Positions 52,809 to 63,833 are shown, counted from the stretch's first letter. The stretch is DNA of 64,000 nt from Pirellulales bacterium (GCA_963733035.1 CAVTBU010000005.1:480001-544000); one strand, 5' to 3'. Made by a program: numbers and translations. Notes: generated from the letters alone by a model not told the origin.

Positions 52809-55800
52809 ATGGCCCGAACGGTCCAAAATGCGACTTCCGAAGCACAGCCGCCGCTAAGTCTGGCGGTGTTGCACGATGCGTTGCACGCCGTCGACCCGGC
52901 CGTACTGGTCGTGGCGCCGCGGATCGTGCGCCGGGTGATCAAGCAAGACGCCGGTGTGAGCAGCATTGGTCTGCGCGTGCCGCATCGCAAAACGTACGTA
53001 ATCGCGCGCGACAAGCTGCTGTCGATTGTCGATCGAGTCGACTTGGAAATCGACATCGACACGGAACTCCCTGAGCACGTAATCCTGGTTGCTCGACCGA
53101 CGAGCGAGGCGCTGGCGGAATTGTCGGGCGATGACTTGCTGCTCAAGTTCTGGCGGCAAGTATTCCATGCGCGAGTGCACTATTTGCTTGAGGAGAGAAT
53201 CGCGACCGGCAAGCTGACCGAAGCGGATGTTTGTTCGCGAATTCGCGAACTTGGCAGCACCGAGTTCGACGAGATCCGCGTGGTGCTACGCCAAGAAGAG
53301 TATCTGCTGCCGCCGCAAACCGATGTAACCGTTTATGTTGAGTTCGTCGCTGTGTATCTGGAACTGCGGTATTTCGTGCCCAGCTTCTTGCGCAGCTATT
53401 TTCCTTCGCTGTCGGACTTTCATCACATCGACGAAATGCTTCGTCGTGATCTTGACGGAGAGTCATTGCTCGCGGCAACGCGGCCAGCCGGCGCTCCCGA
53501 CCCGGTCATTCTCACCGAGGTTCCCAGTGCCGAACGGGTTATCGACCGCGTGGACAAAGCTCAGCCGCTTTTGCGGCCAGCGCGCATTCCGGCCCGGCGG
53601 CGATCGGATCGCCGGGCACAAACAATGCAAGCCCGCGCCAATCACGTGGCTGCGCTGGGAAACCTGGTCCGCTCCGCCATTCTTCACACCAGAGCCTCGC
53701 GGACGGCGAAGTCGGACCTGTCAATCACCCTTCGCGACGAAGCACGGTCCGACATTCTTCGCCTGGTCAAGCGACTGCAAGCCGCTTTAAACTTTACCGA
53801 CAAAGAAGGCGACGAATGGACGAAGGGGCTGTGCTCGTTGTTAGAACAATCCGCGCTGGGAATTTGGACGACGGAAGCCCGCGTACTGTACGACTTGCAG
53901 AAAGTATGCGTCGATCACGAGCGGGGCGTTTATACGCTGGACGTGTTCGGCTGGGCCTTCTCGTTGGGACGTAAGCCGCTCAAACGGTTTTTGCCCGGCC
54001 AGCGCGACGTGCTGATGTCGAAACATCTGCGCAGCGCCCAACGACGCCTGCCGGCCGCGCGGCTCTCGCACCGCGCCCGCAGCCGCCTCTCGGCACTGCT
54101 GGCGGCCGCCGTGCACCGGGCGGAAGGAAACTTGCGGGCTCGCTTCAAGCCCGTTGTGGAACGCGCACTCGACAAAGTCAAACTGCTACCGACCAATCCG
54201 CCGGAGCGGGTTGCCCGAAAGAAACTGGTCGACGAGATCCTCGACCGCATCGTCGAGCGCGGCTTCCTATCGATGAGCGATTTGCGCGATGGTTTGTCAC
54301 GCAATAACTTGAAGCTGCCGGACCTGGCCAGCACCCGGCAAGTATTCCGGGGCGACCAATTGATCCGCGCGGACCGTCAACTTGCCACGAGCCTCGACGG
54401 CGTGTATCGCGGGGCGGAAGCCTATCTGCGGTTTCCCCAGCGTCTCAGCTCGTTGGCCTTTGGCACCCCCGTCGGGCGATCACTGACGCGTTACATCGTG
54501 TTGCCGTTTGGCGGGGCGTTTCTGATTCTGGAAGGGTTGACGCATCTGGTGAATCCGGCACTGCACACGTTCGGCAACCCCAGGAACGTGCAGTTCATGA
54601 ATACCTATTCTCTGGTCGTCTTCGGCCTACTTTTGTTGGGTCTGATGCAGAACCAGCGATTTCGCGAACAAGTCCTGGAAGGCTTGGTCGTGCTGGGGCG
54701 ATTGGCACGCCGAGTGCTCGTCGATGTGCCAGCCTGGCTGATCAATCTGCCGTTGGTGCAATGGATCGCATCCAGTCGGCCGTTTCGCGTGTTCCGCCGC
54801 TACGTGTTCAAACCGCTGGTCGTCTCGGCACTGATCACGGCCGTGGTCTCGGTGTTGTCGGACGACTACATCACCTGGCGAAGCGGCATTTTGACGTTCA
54901 TTGCGGCAAGCGTGCTGTTGAATTCGCGCATTGGCCGCAACGTTGATGAGTTGATTACCGACTGGGTTGTCAGCGGCTGGCATCGACTACGGATACACGT
55001 CTTTGCCACGCTCTACCGTTTCATCATGGACGTATTCCATCGGATGCTCGAAGCGATCGAGCGTTTTTTGTACACGGTGGACGAGTGGTTGCGGTTTCGC
55101 GCCGGCGAAAGTCGCACTTCCACGGTTGTCAAAGCCATGCTCGGCTCGGTGTGGTTCTTCGTGAACTACGTAATTCGTTTCCTGGTCACCCTGATGATCG
55201 AGCCGCAGGTCAACCCGATTAAACATTTCCCCGTGGTCACGGTCTCGCACAAAGCTCTTTTGCCGCTGATCCTTACGATCCACAAGTCGCTGCAGGGTCC
55301 GCTGGGGACATGGGCCTGGCCGATCGCGGTCTTCATTCAATTCCTGTTCCCCGGCATGTTCGGCTTCTTGGTGTGGGAACTGAAAGAAAACTGGCGGCTG
55401 TACGCGGCCAACCGTCCGCAGAACTTGCAGCCCGTGGTCATCGGCCATCACGGCGAAACGATGATCCAGTTCCTGCGCCCGGGCTTTCGTTCGGGAACCA
55501 TTCCCAAGCTGTACGCCCGGCTTCGTCGCGCCAGTCGCAAGGCCTATTGGACGGGGAACTGGAAGGCGTGCAGCAAGTTTCTCAGCGGTCTGCACCACAC
55601 CAGCGAATCGATCCGCCGCTTCGTCGACCGCGAATTGCTGGAAGTGCTGCACGAAAGTCGCATTTGGGCCGATCGTTCGCTGGCCACCGGCGAAATCCGG
55701 CTCGGCTGCAATCGCATTCTGATCGAGCTGTATTGTCCCGATCTGTCCGAAGACAGCCTCTGGCTCTCGTTCGAGGATCAGGCTGGTTGGCTGATAGCCG

Positions 55801-56201
55801 GTATTCACCGCCGGGGTTGGGCCGACAGTCTTTCCTTTCAACAACGTCATACGTTCGCCAGCGCGCTGGCCGGCTTCTACAAAATGGCCGGCGTGGATCT
55901 GGTGCGCGAGCAAATTGAATCGCAACTCGCCCCGAACAGCCCTGGCTACGAAGTCACTGAAAAGGGGCTCGTTGTCTGGCCGCGACAGAACGGTCCCAAA
56001 GTGGTGTTTCCGCTGCGCGACTGGCCTCGGCCGGAAGAGGAAGCAGCCGCCGACCCAACGGCGCTTGCCGAGCGGGAAAAGTGGGTCTTCGCGGCCACTC
56101 CCATCTCCTGGCGCCGCTGGGTCGTCACCTGGGAGCTCGATCAGCTCGGTGGCGCGTCCAAACATCAAGTACTCGACGACCTTCCGCTGCTGCCAACCTG
56201 A
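52809..56201 (+). CDS. Large hypothetical membrane protein (1130 aa)
   Basis: Long ORF with coding-type codon bias; basic helical N-terminal half, about 6-7 hydrophobic segments, soluble C-terminus. Confidence 0.8.
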   Translation: MARTVQNATSEAQPPLSLAVLHDALHAVDPAVLVVAPRIVRRVIKQDAGVSSIGLRVPHRKTYVIARDKLLSIVDRVDLEIDIDTELPEHVILVARPTSEALAELSGDDLLLKFWRQVFHARVHYLLEERIATGKLTEADVCSRIRELGSTEFDEIRVVLRQEEYLLPPQTDVTVYVEFVAVYLELRYFVPSFLRSYFPSLSDFHHIDEMLRRDLDGESLLAATRPAGAPDPVILTEVPSAERVIDRVDKAQPLLRPARIPARRRSDRRAQTMQARANHVAALGNLVRSAILHTRASRTAKSDLSITLRDEARSDILRLVKRLQAALNFTDKEGDEWTKGLCSLLEQSALGIWTTEARVLYDLQKVCVDHERGVYTLDVFGWAFSLGRKPLKRFLPGQRDVLMSKHLRSAQRRLPAARLSHRARSRLSALLAAAVHRAEGNLRARFKPVVERALDKVKLLPTNPPERVARKKLVDEILDRIVERGFLSMSDLRDGLSRNNLKLPDLASTRQVFRGDQLIRADRQLATSLDGVYRGAEAYLRFPQRLSSLAFGTPVGRSLTRYIVLPFGGAFLILEGLTHLVNPALHTFGNPRNVQFMNTYSLVVFGLLLLGLMQNQRFREQVLEGLVVLGRLARRVLVDVPAWLINLPLVQWIASSRPFRVFRRYVFKPLVVSALITAVVSVLSDDYITWRSGILTFIAASVLLNSRIGRNVDELITDWVVSGWHRLRIHVFATLYRFIMDVFHRMLEAIERFLYTVDEWLRFRAGESRTSTVVKAMLGSVWFFVNYVIRFLVTLMIEPQVNPIKHFPVVTVSHKALLPLILTIHKSLQGPLGTWAWPIAVFIQFLFPGMFGFLVWELKENWRLYAANRPQNLQPVVIGHHGETMIQFLRPGFRSGTIPKLYARLRRASRKAYWTGNWKACSKFLSGLHHTSESIRRFVDRELLEVLHESRIWADRSLATGEIRLGCNRILIELYCPDLSEDSLWLSFEDQAGWLIAGIHRRGWADSLSFQQRHTFASALAGFYKMAGVDLVREQIESQLAPNSPGYEVTEKGLVVWPRQNGPKVVFPLRDWPRPEEEAAADPTALAEREKWVFAATPISWRRWVVTWELDQLGGASKHQVLDDLPLLPT

Positions 56202-56224
56202 ATCGCCCTGGTTGTTGCGTCAAG

Positions 56225-59200
56225 TTAACGCAACGACTCCAGATAAGCGATCAAGTCTCCCAATTCCTGCTGCGAAAGCACCTTGTCGAGGCCCTGGGGC
56301 ATGATCGAGGTTGCATTGGGCACCAACTGCTCGATCTCCTCGCGCGGCACGCGAATTTCCGTGCGATCGGTGGTCCGCAGGTAAACCGCCGTTGCCGTCT
56401 GGCGCCCGAGCAGGCCCGTATGAACCTGGCCGTTCTTGGTCATTACGCCAAAGCTCTCGTATCCGCGCGCCAGACTCGCGCTGGGAAACAGGATGGCTTC
56501 GGCCAGGTCGCGCCGGGCCCGAACGGCGCCGATGGAGCTCAGGTCGGGTCCAATCTTCTCACCGCGCTGCGCAATGCGATGGCAAGCCGCACAAGCTGCC
56601 CGTTGGCTGTAAAAGACGTCTTCGCCCCGCGCCGCATCGCCCTCTGCGGTCTCCAAAAACGCATTAATCTTCGCCGCACGCTCGCTGTCATTTGCGTCCT
56701 GCGCGGAAAGCAACGCATCGCCCGAGCGTTGCACGTCGGCCGGATAGTGGGCCAGCGCATCGCGAAGCCGAGCGGCATTCAAACTGCGACTGGAAGCCGC
56801 GGATTTGAGCACCGCGACCAACGCCTTGCCGGTGTCCGGATCCGCATCTCCCTCGAATGCCTTAACCAGCCAAGACGTTTCCAAGGGGCTCGACGTTTCA
56901 AGAATCGGGAGGATCGCCCGCCGCTGGTCCGTCGTCAATCGGAACTCGCCAAGCGCTTCGGCCGCAGTCAACCGCTGCTGCATCGCATCAGGCTCGTCGA
57001 ATTGGCGCCGCAAGAGCGTAAAGCCCTTGTTGGGTAGCGGTCGCTCCGTGTCGGCCGCCGCGCGCAAGGCCGCGACGCGAATCTCCGCGGGCTGCTCGAC
57101 GTCGAGGCCGATGGCCATTAAGGTCTCCGCCAACCGACCAGGAGCAACCTGCGCGGCCGTAAGAATGGTTTGCCGTATCAGGGCCGGATCGCGCTGACCC
57201 AGGTTGGCGGCCAGGGCTTCGTCGAAGCCCTTCGGTTCGGAACCTACGTCGGCCGCCGCAAGCGCTTCGAGCAGAACCAGACGAGTCGCTGGCGATGTGT
57301 GCAGATCGCCAAGCGCCTTGGCAACCAGTTGCTGCACCGCTGGTCGCCCTAGTAATGCCGAAGCGGCACCGCGAAGCATGTCGAGTTGTTGGGAAGTCGG
57401 TTCGTCGAGCGACAGCCAGTCGGCAAGCGTGCCGTCCAGTTCATCCGTCCAATCCGGGTGCCGCCCCAAAACGTCCACAACGGCGTTGAGCAAGTCGGCA
57501 TCATCACTGGCCAACAGCGGAGCGATCCTATCGCGAGTGAGGTTCCCCGCATTCATTTGGTCGAGCGCGATCAGTGCCCCCCTGCGAACTGAGGGACTAT
57601 TTTCGTCCAAGCCGGCCAAGGTCGACTCTCGGTCGTTGATCTCGATGAGTGCGTATATCAAGGCATGCTCTTCGAAACGATCGGCCGGTTTCACCAGGGC
57701 CTTGAGAATGGCCGGCACGGCCTCCGCCCGTCCAAGCCTGCCGAGCGCGGTGGCGGCCTCGCGGCGAACCGGCGCTTCGTCGTGGAGCAGGCGGTCGATA
57801 AGCGACAAGATGGCCTCCGCGTCGCGGATGTCACCCACGGCTTTTACCGCAGCGACTCGCCCCGGCACGTCGTCGTCCGAGAGTGCCTGCCGCAACAGCA
57901 GCCGTGAGTTTTCGGTGTTGATCCGAGCCAAGGCCCACATGGCATTTTCCCGCGAGCGATACCCGCCTTCGAACAGCGCCGTGGCGAGGGCCCCCATGGC
58001 TGCGTCGCCGCGCGGAACCAAGAACTCGATCGCACGTTCGACAACCGCTGGTCGCGGGTCGCCAAAAAGGTCGGCCATTTCCGTGTCGGAAGTCGTCTCC
58101 CAGTCGATTTCGAGGCCGCGAGGATCGCTGACCGCCACGGCATCTTTTTTTCGAATACGGTAAATCGCGCCGCCAATATCGGGTTTGGCGATCTGCGACG
58201 TCGGACAACCGATGCGGAACCAACCCCCAGTGTCGATGACGAGCAGGCTGCCGTCGGCATCGACCAACACGTCGGTGGGGTGGAAGTCGCCATTGGTCGA
58301 AACCAGGAAGTCTTCATCCCGCGCGGTGAACGTTGCTCCCTGCCGCGCGAGTACATGTCGCAAGATCTTGTGCGTGTTGAAATGGGCCGAGAAGAAGTTG
58401 TCTCGATATTCATCGCCCCAGGCCGCGTTATTCTGGCGCGTCAGTCCCGAGGGAGCAGTGACGCCGAAGCGGCTAAGTGCCGGCATCAGAGGGCCCGTAC
58501 GTTTGAATTCACTAATGCAGGGATGCTTCTTCGGATAAACACCGCCGTACACGTAATGCACCACGGCATCGTGGCGAGATTCGTCGGGGTTGTAGAAGGT
58601 CATGGTTCCCAGTGGTTCGCCTTCGGAAGTGAAAGCTAACTCGACGGGATTATCCATGCCGCCGCCACAGAACACCTCGACGTCGCTACCGTCAGGCCGG
58701 CACGTAAAGATGCGGGCTGCCTCGCCTTTGCTGGTGGTCTGACCCGCGCTGTCCTTGAACTCGTGGCCGTGCCGGCCATCGCACCAGGCAATGCGACCAC
58801 TAGGCGTGACGAAGCAACCGTGAATGTCGGCAGCGTTGCCCGTGTAACCAAACCTGCCGACGATGGCCGTCCGCTCATCAGCCACACCATCGTCGTCGGT
58901 ATCAACCAGTCTCCAGATATTTGGCGGACTGGCGACATACAGCGCGCCGCGAAACCAAACCGCTCCCTGAGGAAACGTCATCTTGTCGGCAAACGTCGTG
59001 GCCCGGTCGAAGCGCCCGTCACCGTCGGTATCCTCCAGCCGGCGGATGAAGTTGGGCTGTTGCTTTTCGAGTTCCTCGGCGGGCAGGTTCAGCCCCGCGT
59101 TGTCGGCCACATAAAGCCGCCCCAATTCGTCAAAGCCGCCCATCAGCGGGTGCTCGACCAACGGCGCTGCCGCGACCAATTCGACGGTGAAGCCCTCGGG

Positions 59201-59305
59201 TACGCGCAGCGTCGCCAGAGTTTCGGTGGGAGTCGCCGCGATACCCATCCGCGCGGCGAGGAAACACGACAAAGCCACAAGCACGGCGAAGCGGCGAAAC
59301 TGCAT
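56225..59305 (-). CDS. PVC-type heme-binding protein (dehydrogenase-like propeller + HEAT repeats + cytochrome c)
   Basis: LRVPEGFTVELVAA.P, LEDTDGDGRFD, FHPTDV..DADGSL, HEAT repeats, CAACH..IGPDLS..SIMPQGL. Confidence 0.92.
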   Translation of the reverse strand: MQFRRFAVLVALSCFLAARMGIAATPTETLATLRVPEGFTVELVAAAPLVEHPLMGGFDELGRLYVADNAGLNLPAEELEKQQPNFIRRLEDTDGDGRFDRATTFADKMTFPQGAVWFRGALYVASPPNIWRLVDTDDDGVADERTAIVGRFGYTGNAADIHGCFVTPSGRIAWCDGRHGHEFKDSAGQTTSKGEAARIFTCRPDGSDVEVFCGGGMDNPVELAFTSEGEPLGTMTFYNPDESRHDAVVHYVYGGVYPKKHPCISEFKRTGPLMPALSRFGVTAPSGLTRQNNAAWGDEYRDNFFSAHFNTHKILRHVLARQGATFTARDEDFLVSTNGDFHPTDVLVDADGSLLVIDTGGWFRIGCPTSQIAKPDIGGAIYRIRKKDAVAVSDPRGLEIDWETTSDTEMADLFGDPRPAVVERAIEFLVPRGDAAMGALATALFEGGYRSRENAMWALARINTENSRLLLRQALSDDDVPGRVAAVKAVGDIRDAEAILSLIDRLLHDEAPVRREAATALGRLGRAEAVPAILKALVKPADRFEEHALIYALIEINDRESTLAGLDENSPSVRRGALIALDQMNAGNLTRDRIAPLLASDDADLLNAVVDVLGRHPDWTDELDGTLADWLSLDEPTSQQLDMLRGAASALLGRPAVQQLVAKALGDLHTSPATRLVLLEALAAADVGSEPKGFDEALAANLGQRDPALIRQTILTAAQVAPGRLAETLMAIGLDVEQPAEIRVAALRAAADTERPLPNKGFTLLRRQFDEPDAMQQRLTAAEALGEFRLTTDQRRAILPILETSSPLETSWLVKAFEGDADPDTGKALVAVLKSAASSRSLNAARLRDALAHYPADVQRSGDALLSAQDANDSERAAKINAFLETAEGDAARGEDVFYSQRAACAACHRIAQRGEKIGPDLSSIGAVRARRDLAEAILFPSASLARGYESFGVMTKNGQVHTGLLGRQTATAVYLRTTDRTEIRVPREEIEQLVPNATSIMPQGLDKVLSQQELGDLIAYLESLR

Positions 59306-59343
59306 CGATGTTCTTCGCGAAAACCGAGTTCTAAAAACGGAAA

Positions 59344-60741
59344 CTACTCTTTGGTTTTGTCGTCCTGGGCGTCATCAGCGGCCGCGTCCTTTTCCTTACG
59401 GGCAGCTTGAGCGTCCGCCTTCTTCTTGGCGGCGGCCAGCGTTTCGGCGGCCAGATCCTTCCCCTCGACAAGCGATTCCAGATCCTTAGTGAGCGACTCC
59501 TCGAGATTTGGCGAGAGACCGATCTTCACGACCTGCACCGAACCGTCCTTGCCGACGAGCACCGTCTGCGGAATCGCTTCGGCCAGGTAGGCGCGAGCGG
59601 TTTTACCATCTCGGTCGAGTGCCACCGAGACGTCACCAAGCTTGGCCTCCTCCAGGAACGCCTTGATTTCGTCGTCCCCTTCCTGCAAGTTCACCGCGTA
59701 CAACTCGACGCCCTTGTCCTTGAACTTGGCCGCCACCTTCTCGATGACGGGCATCGCCTGCACGCACGGCCCGCACCAGGTGGCCCAAAAGTCGAGGATC
59801 ACAATTTTCTTGCCCTTGAGGCTGGTCAAATCCAGTTTGCCGCCGCCGAGCAATTCCAACTCGATCGGCGGGGCCGGCTGACCGAGCAGCGCATGCGGAG
59901 CCGGTTCCGCGCTGGCGCGGCCGGTGATCATTTCCATCAGCGAATCGACCTTCGTGGCATCCTCTGGCGCCTTGAAGGCGAAGTCGGCATCGTCGAACTT
60001 CGGACCGACTTGCCAGTCGCTGTAGCTGACGACGTTCGTAATTTTCATATCCGCGAACGGAGACTTCTGTCCTCCCTCGGCCATGCGGGCAAAAGCCTTC
60101 TTCAGATCGGGGACAAACTGCCGCACCAAGGGCTGCTTGCCGGCGTCAATCCAGATTTCCCAATCAAACTGTTCCTGCGTTGCCTTGATCACGTGGCACT
60201 TGAACTCGCCTAGTTCGGCGATGCCGCCGTACTGCACGGTTTGCGTGCCGTCGAGCAGGCTGCCGGCCGGATCGTCGGAGAGCATGGCCACCATTGCACC
60301 GCCGGCATTGCCGAAGCCAATCGAACCCAAGATGATTGGATTTTGAAACAACTCGGCAAACGTGGGAGGCGCCTCTTCGACGGCATACTTGTTGAACGAC
60401 GTGACAAATACAGACAGGTTCGTGCCATCGCTTACAATCGAGGCCCCACCCTGGGGTGACTCGAGTTTGTAAGAGAGTTTATTCGGCCGCTCGGCCGCAA
60501 AGTGCTGCGTAAAGTCCTGAGTTTGCTCTTGCCCCTTCTGCTCCACTGTCAGTGCGATTTTTACCGTCACTTTAAAGCCATCGAGCTTGCCATAGAACTT
60601 GCCAAACTCGTCCAAGACTTTCTTGGCTTTCGGATCGACTTCGGAGTCCGCGGCAGTGGCGGTTCGAGAAACGAGCGCGGCACCGGCAATGAGGGCCAGC
60701 GTGAACGCAATCGTGCGGACGGTGCGATGTCGAGTAAACAT
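59344..60741 (-). CDS. Secreted protein: LolA-like (DUF2092-like) domain + TlpA/redoxin domain
   Basis: Signal peptide; AAERPNKL, SDG.., WEIWIDAGKQPL; LDFWATWCGPC, AIPQTVLVGKDG. Confidence 0.82.
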   Translation of the reverse strand: MFTRHRTVRTIAFTLALIAGAALVSRTATAADSEVDPKAKKVLDEFGKFYGKLDGFKVTVKIALTVEQKGQEQTQDFTQHFAAERPNKLSYKLESPQGGASIVSDGTNLSVFVTSFNKYAVEEAPPTFAELFQNPIILGSIGFGNAGGAMVAMLSDDPAGSLLDGTQTVQYGGIAELGEFKCHVIKATQEQFDWEIWIDAGKQPLVRQFVPDLKKAFARMAEGGQKSPFADMKITNVVSYSDWQVGPKFDDADFAFKAPEDATKVDSLMEMITGRASAEPAPHALLGQPAPPIELELLGGGKLDLTSLKGKKIVILDFWATWCGPCVQAMPVIEKVAAKFKDKGVELYAVNLQEGDDEIKAFLEEAKLGDVSVALDRDGKTARAYLAEAIPQTVLVGKDGSVQVVKIGLSPNLEESLTKDLESLVEGKDLAAETLAAAKKKADAQAARKEKDAAADDAQDDKTKE

Positions 60742-60986
60742 GACGGGCATCCTGTGGGAGGAGTGATGGTAAGGCGGAGGCATCAATCAGGCAGGAACTC
60801 GGGCCCGAGGGTACTCCCACAGACCCGCTAACAGCATAGCACCCTTGCCCGGCGGGGGCCACTCTTCGCACCGCGGCCCCCCACGTTTTCGCGGCGTTGC
60901 GCGTCGCTTTGGGTGCTCCGCGCGGGTACGATTGAGCCAATTTGCCATTCCGCCCCGCCTCCGGCGCTACACCAGGGAACGCTGCC

Positions 60987-61871
60987 ATGCAACGCTTGTC
61001 GCTCGGTCCGTTGTACTATGAATTCAGTCGTCATTTTGAGCCCCGACTGCGCATTACGTCAGGCGAAACGATCGTTGTCGAGAGCGAGGATGCGTTCAGC
61101 GGACAAATCCGCACCACAGACGACCGGCGAAACAAAGCCACCATGCCCTACAGCAATCCGCAAACGGGACCAATTTGGATCGAAGGGGCCGAACCGGGCG
61201 ATTCACTCGCCGTGACCATCAACTCGATCGAGCCAACGCTCGGTCAATGTTGCACGCGCACCAGCGACCCCAAACAACTCGCCGAATGGCTCGGAGACGA
61301 TTGTCCACACGGCACGCATGTCTGTCCGATCCGCGACGGCCAGATTCACTGGAGCGACTCGATCACGATTCCCTATGCACCGATGCTTGGCTGCATCGGC
61401 ACTGCCCCACATTGGGGCTCACCCACGACGCTGCCGGCGGGACCACACGGCGGCAACCTGGACATTGTCGAAGTTTGCCCCGGCAGTACGATCCATTTGC
61501 CGGTTTTTGTTGCTGGCGGCTACCTCTACCTCGGCGATGCCCATGCTGCCATGGGCCACGGCGAGCTTTCGGCCAGCGGACTGGAAATGCCGGCCGAGAG
61601 CACGATCACCGTCCGGTTGGAAAAAGGGCGTTTGATTCCTGGCCCGCGGATCGAAACCGCCACGGAAATCATGACCGTTGTCAGCGGCACCCCGATGGAA
61701 CGATCGGCCGCCCAAGCCTTCGCCGAACTCATCCAATGGATGGAAGCCGACTATGGGTGGAATCGCTGGCAAGCCTACGATCTGCTTACGCACGTGGCCC
61801 AAACGTCTCTCGGCTACTACGGCATCGGTACCATCGGCGTGAAGGTGGCCAAACGGTATCTGCAAACGTAG
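60987..61871 (+). CDS. Acetamidase/formamidase family protein
   Basis: TGPIWIEGAEPGD.L.V.I, PMLGCIGTAP, HGGNLD, GDAHAAMGHGE. Confidence 0.92.
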   Translation: MQRLSLGPLYYEFSRHFEPRLRITSGETIVVESEDAFSGQIRTTDDRRNKATMPYSNPQTGPIWIEGAEPGDSLAVTINSIEPTLGQCCTRTSDPKQLAEWLGDDCPHGTHVCPIRDGQIHWSDSITIPYAPMLGCIGTAPHWGSPTTLPAGPHGGNLDIVEVCPGSTIHLPVFVAGGYLYLGDAHAAMGHGELSASGLEMPAESTITVRLEKGRLIPGPRIETATEIMTVVSGTPMERSAAQAFAELIQWMEADYGWNRWQAYDLLTHVAQTSLGYYGIGTIGVKVAKRYLQT

Positions 61872-61967
61872 CCAGGGCGACCGCAAAGTTTGCCGGGACC
61901 CGTCGCCGGCATTAGAATCCGCCTTTGCCAAGCCAACCAGCCACCACATGCTTACAGGGAACCGATC

Positions 61968-63389
61968 ATGCGCCTTGTCCTGCGAACTTTACCGCTCGTC
62001 GCATTTTTCCTCTTGGGTACGTGGGTTCACGCGGTGGAGGACGAGACCGCGCTCGACCGCTACATCGCCCAGCCCGATCCGGCCTACGCCTGGAAGCTCG
62101 CGGCAACGCACGCGGGAGACGGTTATACGACGTACATCATCGATCTGACGTCGCAAACCTGGCGCACCGAAAAGGACGTCGACCGGCCGGTGTGGAAACA
62201 TTGGCTGACGATCGTTAAACCCGACAATCTGAAGTATCATACCGGATTCCTCTACATCGGCGGTGGCGACAACGACGACGCCATGCCCAAAGATGCCACC
62301 GACCGCACCATCGAACTGGCGAAGTACACCGGCTCGATCGTTGCCGAACTGTTTCACGTGCCCAACCAGCCGCTTACATTTAGCGATTCGAAGGATGAGA
62401 AGCGCTACGAAGACAACATCATCGCCTACACGCGCGTCAAATACATCGCCACGCGCGACTCCAGCTGGCTGGTCCGCCTGGCGATGGTCAAGAGCGGCGT
62501 GCGGGCCATGGACGCGATGCAGGAGTTTTTTGCATCGGACGCAGGTGGAAAGTGGACGCTCAACGATTTCGTGGTGGCCGGTGGATCGAAGCGCGGCTGG
62601 ACGACCTGGTTGGTCGGCGTGGTCGACAAACGCGTCATCGCGATCGTTCCGATCGTGATCGATGCCCTCAACTCGGAAGTCATCACTCGCCACCATTACG
62701 AAGCTTACGGATTCTTCTCTCCGGCGCTCAAGGATTACGTCCGCCACGGACTGTTCCCCGGCAAGGTCGGCACGCCCGAATATCGCGAAATTCTCGCGAT
62801 CGAAGATCCCTATAACTATCGCCACCGCGAGCGACTGAAAATTCCCAAGTACATCATCAACGCCTCGGGCGACCAGTTCTTCCTGCCCGACAATTCTCAG
62901 TTCTATTATGATGAATTGCCCGAGCCGAAGTGGCTACGCTACGTCGAGAACGCGAAGCACAACCTGGCAGGAAGCGACGCCCGCGAAAGCCTCGCGGCTT
63001 TCTACCTGACCGTGCTCGAAAAGAAACCCCGTCCCACCTATACGTGGAGCCGCGAGAGCGACGGCGTGCTTCGGGTTTATCCCAGCGAAAAGCCGGCGGA
63101 GGCGAATCTCTGGCAGGCCACGAATTCCAAGGCTCGCGACTTCCGCGTTGACACAATTGGCAAAGCTTACACCAAGTCGTCCATCAAGCCGCAGAGCGAT
63201 GGAAGCTTCTTGGCACGCGTCGAAAAGCCCGCTACCGGTTTTACGGCGTACTTTGTCGAACTCGTCTTTCCAACCGGTCACGAGTACCCGCTCAAATTCA
63301 CAACGGGCGTCTACGTTGTACCGGACGTGCTGCCGTTCAAGATGCCGGCCAAAGGCGAGCCCGTGCAATTGGGCGAACCCACGAAGTGA
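61968..63389 (+). CDS. PhoPQ-activated pathogenicity-related (PqaA-like) secreted hydrolase
   Basis: LTSQTW, WKHWLTI, VPNQPL, MVKS.VRAMD, GGSKRGWTTW, DPY.Y, PKYIINASGDQFFLPD. Confidence 0.9.
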   Translation: MRLVLRTLPLVAFFLLGTWVHAVEDETALDRYIAQPDPAYAWKLAATHAGDGYTTYIIDLTSQTWRTEKDVDRPVWKHWLTIVKPDNLKYHTGFLYIGGGDNDDAMPKDATDRTIELAKYTGSIVAELFHVPNQPLTFSDSKDEKRYEDNIIAYTRVKYIATRDSSWLVRLAMVKSGVRAMDAMQEFFASDAGGKWTLNDFVVAGGSKRGWTTWLVGVVDKRVIAIVPIVIDALNSEVITRHHYEAYGFFSPALKDYVRHGLFPGKVGTPEYREILAIEDPYNYRHRERLKIPKYIINASGDQFFLPDNSQFYYDELPEPKWLRYVENAKHNLAGSDARESLAAFYLTVLEKKPRPTYTWSRESDGVLRVYPSEKPAEANLWQATNSKARDFRVDTIGKAYTKSSIKPQSDGSFLARVEKPATGFTAYFVELVFPTGHEYPLKFTTGVYVVPDVLPFKMPAKGEPVQLGEPTK

Positions 63390-63425
63390 CGATTCACCGG
63401 TCGTTCCGCCCGGCGCGGTGGACTC

Positions 63426-63833
63426 TTAGAACGGCGGGATCGGTGGCGTGTTGACGCCATGCGTGCCGCCATTGCCACGAATGCCGACGGCTTGCAGTCG
63501 CAAATTCGGCAGTTGTACGTTCAGTCCACGTGCGCGGGCCGCAAGTGCTAGTTGGAAGTACTGCAACGGATGCCGCGTTTCCTGTTGCGCCCGCAGATAG
63601 GTGGTGACGACCAGCTTTTGCGGCAGCTTGCCGTCCTCCACAAGCTTGATAATCTGGCTGATGTACTGAAACTCGACGGGGCGTCGGGCTTTCAGGCCTT
63701 TTTCGAGTTGCGTCTGGAGGGTGAGCCCGGTCACGCCGCCCCCGTCGAAGGCCGGCAACGGGTCCTTGGCGCTGGCCAACCCGCAAATCAGCACCACGGT
63801 AAATACAGTCGGAAACGCGAAGCGTCGAAGCAT
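63426..63833 (-). CDS. Conserved-looking hypothetical secreted protein
   Basis: GAGGAGG RBS before TTG/ATG region; signal peptide; LQTQLEKGLKARRPVEF helical domain. Confidence 0.65.
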   Translation of the reverse strand: MLRRFAFPTVFTVVLICGLASAKDPLPAFDGGGVTGLTLQTQLEKGLKARRPVEFQYISQIIKLVEDGKLPQKLVVTTYLRAQQETRHPLQYFQLALAARARGLNVQLPNLRLQAVGIRGNGGTHGVNTPPIPPF

